The notes beneath the pieces are model-generated. The model worked only from the letters and a program-made list of their open reading frames with translations. It did not search any database and was not told the origin of the DNA. The position numbers and the translations under genes are program-made. A DNA stretch of 63,549 nucleotides from Vitrella brassicaformis CCMP3155 (taxonomy: Eukaryota; Protista; Chromerida): contig CDMY01000502.1 of NCBI GenBank assembly GCA_001179505.1, positions 1-63,549 on the forward strand. The letters are read 5' to 3'. Below, in pieces: positions 1-11,051 of the stretch. Position 1 is the first letter of the stretch, and every line of letters starts with the position of its first letter.

Positions 1-926
1 GGCACTACCACCTCGCCGTCGTGCTCATTGTAGCCCTCCTCTCCGTAGACGCCGGCCAGGCCCTCGCCGCCCGTCTGCGAGTGTGGCTGGCCCTGGGCGA
101 TGGCAGGGGCGCGAGCCGCTGCTGCTGCGGAGGAAGCACACTCACAAGTGAAAGTATCAGTGAGTCCATATGGACGTTCTCCCCTCTCGTCATACCGGGG
201 GCATCCTGGTGGAGTGCCTCCATCATCTCGCAGCGCTTCTTCCACTCGGCCGCCATGGCTTTGTAGTATCTGAACGAATAGTTGCCGTACCCGAGGAAAT
301 AGAGAATTGAGAACACAATGTTGTATCATGTCGACATGTCTTCTTACTGGATTTGGCGGTCCCGCTTGTCGAGCTCGGCCAGGTATTGACTGTGCTGCTG
401 GTCCTGCATGAAGGACACACACAAAGGGGAAGGATACGTACGTCACATGAATGAGATAAGTGGGCGCTTCGTTCGTGAGTGGACACATACCAGCTGTCGC
501 TGCGTGGAGTATCTGTAATATTCCTTGGCGGCCTCGCTCTTGTTTCTGCATGGACGTCAAAGGAAGGAAAGGCAACACATCCACACCCATATGTACATAC
601 AACATCTACCTTGTCTGTCATACTTACATTTCCTCTCGACAGTACTGAGAGTGGCGGGCAAACATGGCGAAGGTGGGCGCCACGACGGGCTTGACGGCCT
701 CTGGCTTCTTGCTGCTCTCCGTCACGGCCACATATACGATGACGGCCAGTATTGACAGGCCAAGCCCCAGTAGGACATAGAGCAGCCTCTTGAGCATCCT
801 GTCGGCGGGGCACTCGGGGCATTGCTGGGCGCAGTACACTGTGAAAGTGGTGGTGGTGGTGGTGTCGTATTCGCTGGGTGGCGCCGAAGGCGTGTCGCCT
901 ATCGTGGCCCCGAGCGTACCAGCAGC
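1..926 (-). CDS. Hypothetical single-pass membrane protein with coiled coil (partial, spliced)
   Basis: Exons join at GT-AG sites: ...LKRLLYVLLGLGLSILAVIVYVAV...REE|INKSEAAKEYYRYSTQRQL|DQQHSQYLAELDKRDRQIQ|YYKAMAAEWKKRCE... One hydrophobic helix is followed by a heptad-like region. The 5' end runs towards the N gap and the 3' end runs off the window. Confidence 0.6.
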
Positions 927-980
927 CTACATACAGGACACACATGATAAGGAACACTCCACAATGCCCCCATCAGTTCT

Positions 981-1280
981 NNNNNNNNNNNNNNNNNNNN
1001 NNNNNNNNNNNNNNNNNNNNNNNNNNNNNNNNNNNNNNNNNNNNNNNNNNNNNNNNNNNNNNNNNNNNNNNNNNNNNNNNNNNNNNNNNNNNNNNNNNNN
1101 NNNNNNNNNNNNNNNNNNNNNNNNNNNNNNNNNNNNNNNNNNNNNNNNNNNNNNNNNNNNNNNNNNNNNNNNNNNNNNNNNNNNNNNNNNNNNNNNNNNN
1201 NNNNNNNNNNNNNNNNNNNNNNNNNNNNNNNNNNNNNNNNNNNNNNNNNNNNNNNNNNNNNNNNNNNNNNNNNNNNNNNN
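981..1280. other. Assembly gap (300 N)
   Basis: Run of exactly 300 N. Confidence 0.99.
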
Positions 1281-3560
1281 TGCCGCTCACTGGCTGCATG
1301 GACGCCGGCGCCCGGGTGGTGACGGCCTGGCTGAAAGGGGCGACGATGGCAGCCAAGTGCCTCCAGATCCCCGGCAGCTGTATGGACCCTCTGTTGCTGT
1401 TCCGTCTCTTGACGACGATGCGGACGGGTACTCGCTTTGGCGATGTCACCATTACAAAGCGCCTCGTGGTCCTTGTCGTGGTCGGCGGCGTCTTCCCCTC
1501 AAGGCACATCTGTTCACGCACACGCACACGCAAGGCATTGGCATTTGCGGCAAATTGGCGGTTGCAAGTCTTGCCCACCTGTGTGTGGTTGTCTTTGGGG
1601 CGGATGCCTGCCTCCCCCTCCCCGCCGTACACACGCCAGCCGACTGACACATTCTGATGCATGTACATGTTGGCCTCATCGTGATAGTAACCGAAGAGGC
1701 CATAGGCAGGCTGTTGTGCGGCAAAACGGCACTTGACCTGCAGTGTGATGCTCTCGCCTTCAGCAGGGAGATGGCTCACACCCTCAGGCACCATGCAGAG
1801 CAGAGGCTGGTCGTTCGCCTGGACGCTCAGCTCAAACATGGCTCGCTCGAGTGAAGACAACGCGCCCAGGACACCCGACACGCCGCCCGCATACGCCTCC
1901 ATGCCCCGGTCCCCCTCAGACACGAGTGTGTCGAGCCCTGGAGCTGCCATCACGGTGCTGGGCAGCGGATGGCCGTCGAGGGTGACCCTCTGGGCCTGCT
2001 GGCAACACACTTGGACGGTCGGGAGGGAGGCTGCGATGGCATTGGTGTCGCCGGTGAAGGGCAGGTGGATCTTGAGGCCCTCGGTGCCGGTGCTGGTGTA
2101 TGTCTCCGCTGCATCGGCAGCAAGACACGTGCTGAGGAAGCTTTGCAACTTCTGATGCATTACATGCATAACAAGGACACAAGCCATGAATGCAGGCGTG
2201 TGATCTGGATCCGTGTGGCTGTCATCAATCTCACACACCTGTATGTCGTCCGATGAGTTGATGGCTCTGTCCCCCAAACACATCTCGATCTCCCACATGG
2301 GGCCGCCCGTGTTGTTGCCGATGACCTCGGGCATCAGTGTGTCGGGATCGTTGCCGCCGTACGTGCCGTAGAAGCGGCTGTATGGCGGCTCGCCGTAGTA
2401 TCCCTGGCCACTTCGACCATGGAACTGGTGCCTGGGACTGCGGAATGTGAGCCGGGTGCCGGTGAGTGACGAAATCGTGTCAGCTGGCATAACATTGGAC
2501 AGAAAAGGCTGATGTGATCTGTGCCGCCAGATGTCTGGCTGGTGTGCGTCTGCCTCACCTGTGGGAGTGTTGGCGATAGCTTGTGCCACGTCGGCGAGGA
2601 CCACTTCCTCCTCACACATGACATCACCCTGACAACACACAGACAACAGCCACCCAATCCTCAGTTGATCGCCCCTCATCCCCCCTCTCTCTCCCCTGCC
2701 GTCACCTTGTCATGGATGAACTGAATGGACGAGAGGCCGTCTGATGCACGCTGTATCCACGGGCGCTGCCCATACTGCCCCGCGTCGATGGCAGACAGAC
2801 GCTTGAGGGCCCCTAGATCGTAGTTGCGCTCGTCTGCGATGTGGGACCACACGGTACCGACGGTGGCCTCCTTGAGGTGGGGGAATGCGACGGGCTCCTC
2901 GTTGTCCGGCAGGTCGATCTTCTTGAATTGGCCGGTCTTGTCGCGCATCATGCGCTCGAAGGCCAGGCGCACGCGGCGGTCGGTCACCTGGCGGCGGTTG
3001 TGCTGCAGCCCCAGTGCCTCCTTCTCAGTGGACACCGAACCCTGCAGCACGACGCTCTCGACGGTTGGGGCCAGGCTCTCGAGCAGATACAACAGCGACG
3101 GGGTGGGGCGGTGGTTGATGAGCAGATGCTTGCACAACGAACGACCTGCACAGAACACAACACATCTGGTGTGTGCCCATTCCCGTCTGTTCTTTCATCG
3201 CTCCGTTACTTACGCGTCCACTTCTTGGCGGTGTCCATGGATGGCCACGTAGGCTCCCTGGCCTGCATGGACACATACAAGCCAGGAACGCTTCCAATGT
3301 CGGTGCATTCCGGTGTGGATCTTTCTTACGAGCTCAGACGTCTTGTGCGCCCCCCCGCTGCCTTTCTTTTGGAGCATTTGGGCGGTGGCCCTTCCCGGCG
3401 GGGTCATGACAAGGTCGGAGAGCCACCCGACCGGCTTACTATCCATCCACTTATCGATGTCCGTCAGGTGGACCCTTGGACCGACGCGCCACCACGTGAC
3501 GGCCAAGGTGCCCAACAGGACGACCAGCAAACTGTGCATCGCGCTGGAATACACCATCAT
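1281..3560 (-). CDS. Lineage-specific LRR-like protein, paralogue of 31583-35150 (3' end lost in gap)
   Basis: The spliced model MMVYSS...KTSEL|AREPTWPSMDTAKKWT|RSLCKHLLINHRPTPSLLYLLESLAP...|GDVMCEEEVVLADVAQ...|DTISSLTG...EIEMCL...LKIHLPFTGD... aligns block by block with the gene at 31.6-35.1 kb, with matching intron positions. Confidence 0.7.
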
Positions 3561-3642
3561 GCGAATGCTTTCAGCAGGAGAACCTTTCTGAAAGCCTTTG
3601 CAAAGTTTTTTTTCTATAAGTCGATCGACAGGCTCTTCCTTT

Positions 3643-3650
3643 AGCTCGCA
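3643..3650 (-). promoter_or_regulatory. TGCGAGCT motif, 82 bp upstream of the ATG at 3560
   Basis: The plus strand reads AGCTCGCA. The same 8-mer recurs at a similar distance before five other start codons. Confidence 0.55.
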
Positions 3651-4436
3651 CGATGCGCTTGAGAAAGGATCTGGCAGATCTCTTCCATAGAAGTGACCAG
3701 CATGCTGCCCTGCATCAGCGGAAGGTCGAGCCGACGCTGAGTGTTGTCATTACACAAAGATCTGCTTCAAATTGTACGGGGCCCGCACCCCGAGTGAGGA
3801 TGGATGCAACACAAAGCCAGTCTGTAACTGTACCGCTACCACATAAACCCATTCACACGGGGACAGCAGAAGGGCAGTACACAGGGCGTGTCCCCTCTTC
3901 TCCGCCCCCACTGGCTCCGCCCATCCACAGGCAGCGGGGAAGAAACCGACACGTACGTCTGGCCGAGTGGCCAATATATGCGGCAGTGCAGTCCACCTGG
4001 CCTCTCTCCCCTTGTCTGTCTGTCTGTCTGTCGTTACATTACGTACTCGTCGAAAAGAGAATGCGGAAAGTCCGTCTTCCTGGCTGCCAGGTAATAGTGC
4101 GTATTCGTCTTCCTGTGCTAAGCTGCCGCAGTCCCTGGTGTCGGTGTGCAAAAGACGGGTAGGGTAGGTGCACCGGGTGCCCGAAGCATGAGCAGGAAAA
4201 ATGCGTGATGGCACACACGTCAGTCGAACTACTCACACGTACATGTGCAGTGAATGCAACTGCATCAACCGTATCCGTTTTCGTGAGTGTACAAATATTT
4301 GCACGTCTGCAGCATGAAGTCACCGAGCGAGTCAACACAGAGCCGCGCACGCAGCCGACAAAAAATGTGTTACAAGCATCAATTAACTCACCAGCATACG
4401 ACGGGCCTGCTGCGTCACCCAGCCACATTCCGAGCA

Positions 4437-4660
4437 TTAGGCGATCTTCACCTTCATCGTGCCAGTCGCAACGTGGGCTCTAGAGTAATGTCTCTGGCGA
4501 ATATAAAATGTAGGCAACGATCCTGACGTTGTCAAGCGCTCGTCGCCGCGGCGATCGTGTAGATGTCGTAAATGGCTACCTGGTGCATGCCCGCCTCCCC
4601 ATTCCTCTCTGACGACGGCCTGCATAGTGGTCAGCTGCCCTCCCTCACACTTGGCCACTA
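4437..4660 (-). pseudogene. Scrambled fragment of the neighbouring kinase-like locus
   Basis: A 25-bp block (4633-4657) is identical to 5519-5543, and a 20-bp block (4586-4605) is identical to 5762-5781, but in a different order. It also carries the 33-bp motif at 4489-4521. Confidence 0.6.
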
Positions 4661-5014
4661 ACAGCCAGGCAAGAAGAAGAAAAAAACGACACATGTGACG
4701 GTTGCCGCCAATACATGTGTCGTTTGGTCATCGACGTGGCTACCCAATATGATGAGCGGCCGACCACGCCACTCGCGCAGAGGACCTCTCTAGTGTGATG
4801 TGTGGTGTGTGGTGTTGTCTTGGCTCTTGTCTGTCTGCTACCCTCTGCGCTACTCGTTGCCCCCCTCTCTGCCCCAAAGCACCAACTGAAGCTATGACCT
4901 TGTCTCTCTCCCGCTCCCTTCCTCCCTCCTCGCTTCTCCCTCCCTCAAAACACGAATGCAACACACACAAGGCGACAGGGGGTCGGATGGTGGTGGTGAT
5001 GGTGATGGTGGGCA

Positions 5015-6580
5015 TCAGAGGGAGACGCCCAGGGCCTCCATCATGGCCTCGTACTCAGCTGACAACACACACACAGACACACAGACAGAGGTGTGTGTTG
5101 TACGGCTTGTATTGTGGTGCCAGTAACGCAATTTTGCAGTCACGTGCGTGCTGTGCTCACTCGGCTCTGGTGTCTGGCAGTAGTCGGGCCACTCCTTGGC
5201 AATGCGCGTCATCTCTGCACACAGCCGAACACACACGGCAGAGATGCACACATGCTTTGTGCAATTGACGGTGCCAAGTGCCTCGACACACCTGTCGTGG
5301 TGTCGTCGCAGTATGAGGCCATCATCTCCCTCAGCTCCTCCGGAGCCACGCCCTGGGCATGCCCCACACACACATCGCGGAACAGGCCAGCCGTCTTCTG
5401 GGCGATCCCGCGGGTGGCCGGTGTCAGCCGCTCGTCGTTGTCGATGCTGGTCAGGGCGCCGGTGTGGATGCTGTGGATGGCCTGGGTGTATGTCTCCTTG
5501 ACGGCCTCCAAGGTGGTGAGCTGCCCTCCCTCACACTTGGCCAGCACGCCCCTGATCTGACCTCTTGCATCCGGGGCCACTGACCCCCCAGCATGGAATC
5601 GTCACAGCAGAGCGGCAGCAGGCAGCACGCCGTGCCGACCAGGTCGCCGTAGTAGTCCACCACTTATCGCGCAGTGCCCGCCCCTCCAAGACCGCCTGCG
5701 TGTTGCCCACAGTGGTGCACGGGGGGCCGAGGCGATTGTTCAGGGCGGACTCGAAGTCAATCATGCCCGCCTCCCCATTCCCCCCGTCCGCCAGCACCAC
5801 ATTTCCCGGGTGACAGTCGTTGTGGGTCGTCTTGGCATCATGAAGTGCCAGGGTGGCTCAAATGGTGTTCACCGCGAGCGTGGGCTTTAGCAGTGGGGCG
5901 GCGGGACGGGGGCGACACACCTGAGTGCACAAGTGCAATACGTACACATTCATGGATGGATTCACAGCGTGTGTATGTATGTATGCATGTAGGTCTCCGC
6001 ACCGTTGCCGACTTTCGTCATGATAAGGCATACCCCGTGCCGACCATCTTCTCGCCGTCCTCGCTGACCACCGGACGGACGGCGGCCGCCAGGACATCAG
6101 GCACGGCACGTGTGCTGCTTGTTGCTGGCTGTGTGCTGCCCAGCTGGGGCACCATCTTCAGGGCCGTGTTGGCATCGGGCAGACGGCCCACCTCGCTCTG
6201 CAGGCTGTTGTACAGCTCACGCACATGGTCCCTGCCCGAGCCTCTCTGGTCATGGGTAATGTACTTCATGACGGCTGCTGTTGTGCTGGCGCCCTTGCAA
6301 AAAAAAAACATAACAAGGGTGAATTCACCCCTGCCGCCGGTGAGTGCCCGCCCACACTCCAACGTCATGCCGTGACCCACCGGCACGACGTCGTCCGCGA
6401 CGATGGTGGGTGGGGGTGGGGGTCCGCTGGACAGCACATTTGAGAATGGGTTGGAGAAGGCGACGGGAGGTGTGGCCTGGGCATCGCTGGGGGGTGAGTC
6501 AAGTGCTTTGGGCCGTGGGGAGTCCTGTGTCGATGACCCGTCCGATGGCTCGCCAACAACCTGTGTGGAAAGGACAACAC
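5015..6580 (-). pseudogene. Disrupted protein-kinase-like gene (K2)
   Basis: It contains a G-rich loop (GRALTGGRGEFTLV), beta3 Lys (AAVMK), hinge (LIMTKVG), catalytic loop HNDCHPGNVVL (D-x4-N), a DFG-like MIDFES and a subdomain IX-like DYYGDLVGTAC. These are split by an in-frame TGA at 5858-5860 and several frame changes (~6025, ~5660, ~5570). Confidence 0.7.
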
Positions 6581-6619
6581 ACAACACATATATGTATGAT
6601 TCCATCTATGTATGATTTG

Positions 6620-6760
6620 TGTAGCGTCTGTACCATTGCCGACTTTCGTCATGATTAGACATGTCCCTGTGCCGACACATCGTGCGATGTGGTGCGAAAT
6701 GATGAATTCATGTCTCCGCCAGATATAAAATGTAGGCAACGATTCTGCATGCAATGCGAA
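6620..6760 (-). pseudogene. Third kinase-like fragment (subdomain IV-V region)
   Basis: It reads AESLPTFYIWRRHEFIISHHIARCVGTGTCLIMTKVGN. The LIMTKVGN-encoding DNA (~6632-6676) closely repeats ~6001-6045, and both are followed by a GT donor. Confidence 0.5.
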
Positions 6761-7307
6761 TGTGATCTCTCTTCTGTGCATGTAGACTCTTTCGTCTGTG
6801 CGCATACCGCATAATGCATGTGCAGCGCTATCTCCCTGCAATCCCTGCCATCCTTGCTGCCTTTGGTCGCCGCGATGACGGTGCTGCTGTTGGGCTTCAG
6901 GCAGATGGCTTCATCCCCGCCGACATCGTCATCCCACTCGTCGTTGCTGCTGTCCTCACCCTTACCCACCGCTATCTCGGTATCCCTCTCCTTCACCGCC
7001 TCCCAGCCGCCGCAGCACCCAAACCCAAACAACGCCCCGCCCTTCTTACCCTCCCTCTTGGCCTCGGACTCAGCCTTGCTCTCCTCCGCACCCTTGCCCG
7101 CCTAGCATGAAAAGCCCAGCACGCGGAGACCCCTGCTGGCCTTGGTCTTGTCTGTGCCGCTCTCGGTGGCCTGGCTCTGCGCCTTCTGCGTCTGATAATC
7201 CTGCGACGGCATGAGCGGATTCATCAACCCTTCACGTGCCCCTCCGTCTGTGTGTGTACCATGTATTGTACGCCATTCAAACGCTCGCATCCAGATGCTC
7301 TCGGCCG

Positions 7308-8664
7308 TCAAGTAATCTCTTGGGCAAAGGACCGTAGAGATATGTCTCTGCCGAATATAAAATGTAGGTAACGATTTTGACGACCCCAGCGAGACACCTG
7401 GCCGTCTGCCCCCCGCACCTCCCGCTCCTCACTCCTCAAGAAGGGGTCCACCCACATTACCCATTCGTCGGCCAGGTAGATCCGGCGGTTACCAGTGGAG
7501 CAACTGCTCTGGCGGCCCGCAGAAGTGTGTGTTGATAGGCAGCTGCTGTTCCTTTTCCACGGCGGCCGAAGAGAGCGGGGCGAGGGCCGCCTTCTGGGGG
7601 TATGGGGGTGAGGGGATGGTGCCGTCGCTGCGGCGCAGTAGGGGGCCGGGTTGGCGACCGTGCAGCGTATTGTCGTGGTCGATGAACAGCACACCGGCCC
7701 GGTCAGATACGCCGCCACCTGAGGCAGGCGGGCAAAGAAACACCACACCAACCACACACAATACATAAGCCAAAGTGCGGTCATCCCATTTCTCCGCGTC
7801 TGTAATGGTCTGTCTGCGTGTCACTGATAGCCTTACCCATGGCGATCCTACGCACGTAGATGTTATTCACGCAGTGGTCGAGGAGCACGGTGTCGTAGTC
7901 GTCGAGTGCCCTCCTATGCCCCCTCACTCCCTCACGCAACGCCCTCACTGTCGTCAACAACTTATCAATCATCCCCATGGCCTTCTGGTCGGCCGGCTGT
8001 GTGGGCGGGTGGGCCGCCGAGATGGCCGCCAGGTTGTGCATAGCAGGTCGGATAAGGACACATGTGTGTTGGCGGATGGGGGGTCGTTGATGACCTCCTC
8101 GGCGAGGTACACGCACTGCTGTGGCGGGGCGGATGGGCTGGCGCGGAAGTCCGCGCCGTCTGAGGGGCCAGCATACTCGTAGACGTCGAGGAAGAGCCCC
8201 CTCTCGTTCCTCTCCCTCTGCCGCTGCTGCAGCCTTTCCATGGTCGCTCTCTCCGCCTCCATCTCCCTGCAGATGGAGCGTGAGACCTGCTGGCTCCCCT
8301 CCGGCGGCGCCGCTATCTTAAACTCCGTCCACTCCCCATTGACGAGGCCGGCCGTGACTGTGGCCCTTGTGCCGCTCCCGAGGACTATGGGCAGCTCGAT
8401 ATCGTCCCCGCTCTTCAGACGAAGGATGGCCGGTGGCTGAGGTGGCCCTGATGGGTCGCTAGCCATCGCTGTGGCCTCCTCCTCTCGCTGAGCTGCTGCG
8501 ACGAAACGGCTGAGCTGCTGCTGATGGACTGGGACTGCTGCTGTCACGGGGAAACAGAGATCAAACCATTTCCCGTCTCTGCCGTCGAGAATTGCGGAAA
8601 GAATTGAAGTCGTCGAGATTTTCTGGGCGTTGCTTGAGACGCCCCCTAGCTTGCCGTCCCACAT
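7308..8664 (-). pseudogene. Frameshifted atypical protein kinase gene (K1)
   Basis: Motifs in order: LGSGTRATV (G-loop), FKIA (beta3 Lys), REMEAE (alphaC), VLLDHCVNNIYV (D-x4-N), intron, VLFIDHD (DFG-like), FCGPPEQLL (APE-like), IYLADEW (subdomain IX). Frame changes are needed at ~8040 and ~7495. Confidence 0.7.
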
Positions 8665-9169
8665 TTGGTGTGAATGGATGACAGATGTATCAAGACTCTG
8701 TGTAAGCCATTGAATTGATTGCACGTGTCGCTCCTGCCTTTCTGCCGGCCGGCCGCGTCGACGTGCAGTTCATCGGCCAATCCAGTTCATCGGCCAATCG
8801 ACAGGCTCACTGTCCTAAGTATCCGCCATCGCTGGACGCTCGGCCCGTCTGCAGCTCTCACTGCGACGAAGGGCTCGTGCACTTTCGGCTTGTCATGAGC
8901 AGACAGAAGAGGCAGGCACCATAATGCCACGCCGCTGTGTACAGTACATCCAGCCACCCACCCAACGTCAGAGAACTGCTCCTCAGCAAGTAGGAGACAG
9001 AATCCACTCATTCTGTCTCGCTCGAGGCGTGCCTACTTCGACTGAGGAGATGTTGTCTGACGTCGACGGGTGCCTCTAGGGCCATGCATAGATCTGCTCC
9101 CATATCAGCTGACTCACTGACTGACTCACTGACTGACTGACTGACTGGCTGACAGATCAAGCTATCTGT

Positions 9170-10711
9170 CTATGTCTTGTTCTTGGCTGCTGCCTTGCCG
9201 GCTGGCGGGTCCAGGATGTGTGGGAAGGCCTCCCAGAACCTGTCGCCTATCAGGTCCTCATGCAAGACCCACAGCCTGCGCACACACCATACACCGAGAC
9301 ACCCAGATGCATCGGCCGGCCAACAACCATCTGTTCGGCAGGCTGACCCTGGATAGGTGGCCTTGTCTCGGCCTGCGTCCTCATCGCCCCCTGACGGCTC
9401 TTCTGGAGGACCATTCGTGGCAGCCGCAGAAGCCGGTGGATCTTTCTCATGACAACCGCCGTCTGCCTGTGCCGTCCTCTGCTCTCTCCGCCTGCCGCTG
9501 CGGCCTGCCGGGTCTCGGATGATGATGGTCCCCTTCCTGCGTTGGTAGAAGAGTAGACCCATGGAAATGATGGACAAATGGAGCATCGGCTGCCGGCTGT
9601 TGCCACAGCGTACCTGTAGATGGCGGGCAGCTTGGCGTAGTTGATGCCGAATCGCTGATAAAGCAGCTCGTTCTTGGCGGCCGTGTGGGTGCCCTGGTTG
9701 ACACAGACAGACACGGACATGGCTACGGGATTGCCAATAGCCCATCCACACGTGCTTGCGGCTCACCTTGAGGGTTTCATAAGCCTGTTCGCGCGACTCG
9801 CCCGCTTTGACGAGGCTCCAGAAACACGTATTGTACTGGTTGTTGACGTGACCTGCAATGTATACATACAGACATACAGACATACACACAGACACAGACA
9901 CTCTCTCCTTGTCTCTTCTAGATGCTCACAGTCAGCCTGCCGCCAGCTGAAGTAGTCGCGCACATTCTGCTCTGAGGGGTAGCACACCACACGCCCATCG
10001 AACGACGGGCAGCACTGAAGGCGGCTGCCCTCAGCCCCGCTTTCATCAGCACCACACTCCCCACCATCGCTGCCGTCCCGTGGGCGGCCGAACACATCGT
10101 TCCACGAGAAGACGTAGGCGGCCGTGAAGAGCGACACCACACTCGTGAGGATCTTGCTGAGGTAACGAACACCAACACACACAGAAGGGGAAATGAAGTC
10201 AAGACGGCTGTCACATTTCGCCGGGTGTGTCCACATGGATCTCACCTCATGCGTCTGCCCCAGAGGGTCGTGTCACGCCGGAAAAGGAAACTGCGATACG
10301 CGGCATACAACGGAGAGAAGAGAACAGCCGATGGCAAAACGGTCCGCGTTGTGTGGCTGCCACTGACCTATATTCGTCCGACTCGCCGAAGGCCAGGACG
10401 ATCTCGTTGAATTTGTTCACTACTGCTGCAGCCGCGCGGGTCATGAGCGCCAGGCCGCGGGGATCGTTGGGCTTCTCGAAGCCGTGACGAGCGGTGAACC
10501 TGCATGAACACACAGGCGCACACACATCCGAAACGTCTCAGACAATGAGTGATCTACGATGCGTTGCCTCTCGTGTGCGTATGTTTGTGCGTGTGCGGGT
10601 GACTGACTCAGTGAAGGCCCTTCCGTCGAGTCGCACGACGAACCAGCAGTTGGGCAGGATTGGCGGGTCATGCTCGAACGTCTTGACGTACTCAAAGCGG
10701 CTGCACGCCAT
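9170..10711 (-). CDS. THG1: tRNA(His) guanylyltransferase Thg1
   Basis: [13 protein letters not shown]...[76 protein letters not shown] and [10 protein letters not shown] are all Thg1 hallmarks, in multi-exon order. Confidence 0.96.
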
Positions 10712-10807
10712 CGTCTTAAGACGAAGATCAGCCCGACGATGGGCTCATCCAAGAGTGACAAGCGTGACTTTTATCACGACTCAAAACAGAGATCTCCTGC
10801 ATGTTTA

Positions 10808-10832
10808 AGCTCGCAACTGCCGTTTGCAAGCT
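10808..10832. promoter_or_regulatory. Inverted pair AGCTCGCA (10808-15) / TGCAAGCT (10825-32) in the THG1-Myb divergent promoter
   Basis: The exact motif is 96 bp upstream of the THG1 ATG, in THG1 sense. A one-mismatch variant faces the Myb gene. Confidence 0.5.
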
Positions 10833-11051
10833 TTGCAGATCGTTTCCTCGGCCAAGCAGTCCCCACCCCACCAAGTCTGCCCTCCTCTGCGGCCTGGAGA
10901 AATACCTTTGCGAATTCGAAGAGGCGGCTCGGACTTGACTGACGGGCTGCCTGTACAGCTCTCCTGCTCTGCCCTGTCTGCCCTCCCGCTATCCCCAGCT
11001 GCGTCTCTTTCTCCCCTCTCTGCGGGGGCGGGCCACCAGCCAGCTGCCGGG

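Noticed and set aside
5858-5860. In-frame TGA in K2 as possible selenocysteine or readthrough
   Set aside because: The same gene has several frameshifts, the position is not catalytic, and no SECIS-like hairpin was seen. Ordinary decay is the simpler explanation.
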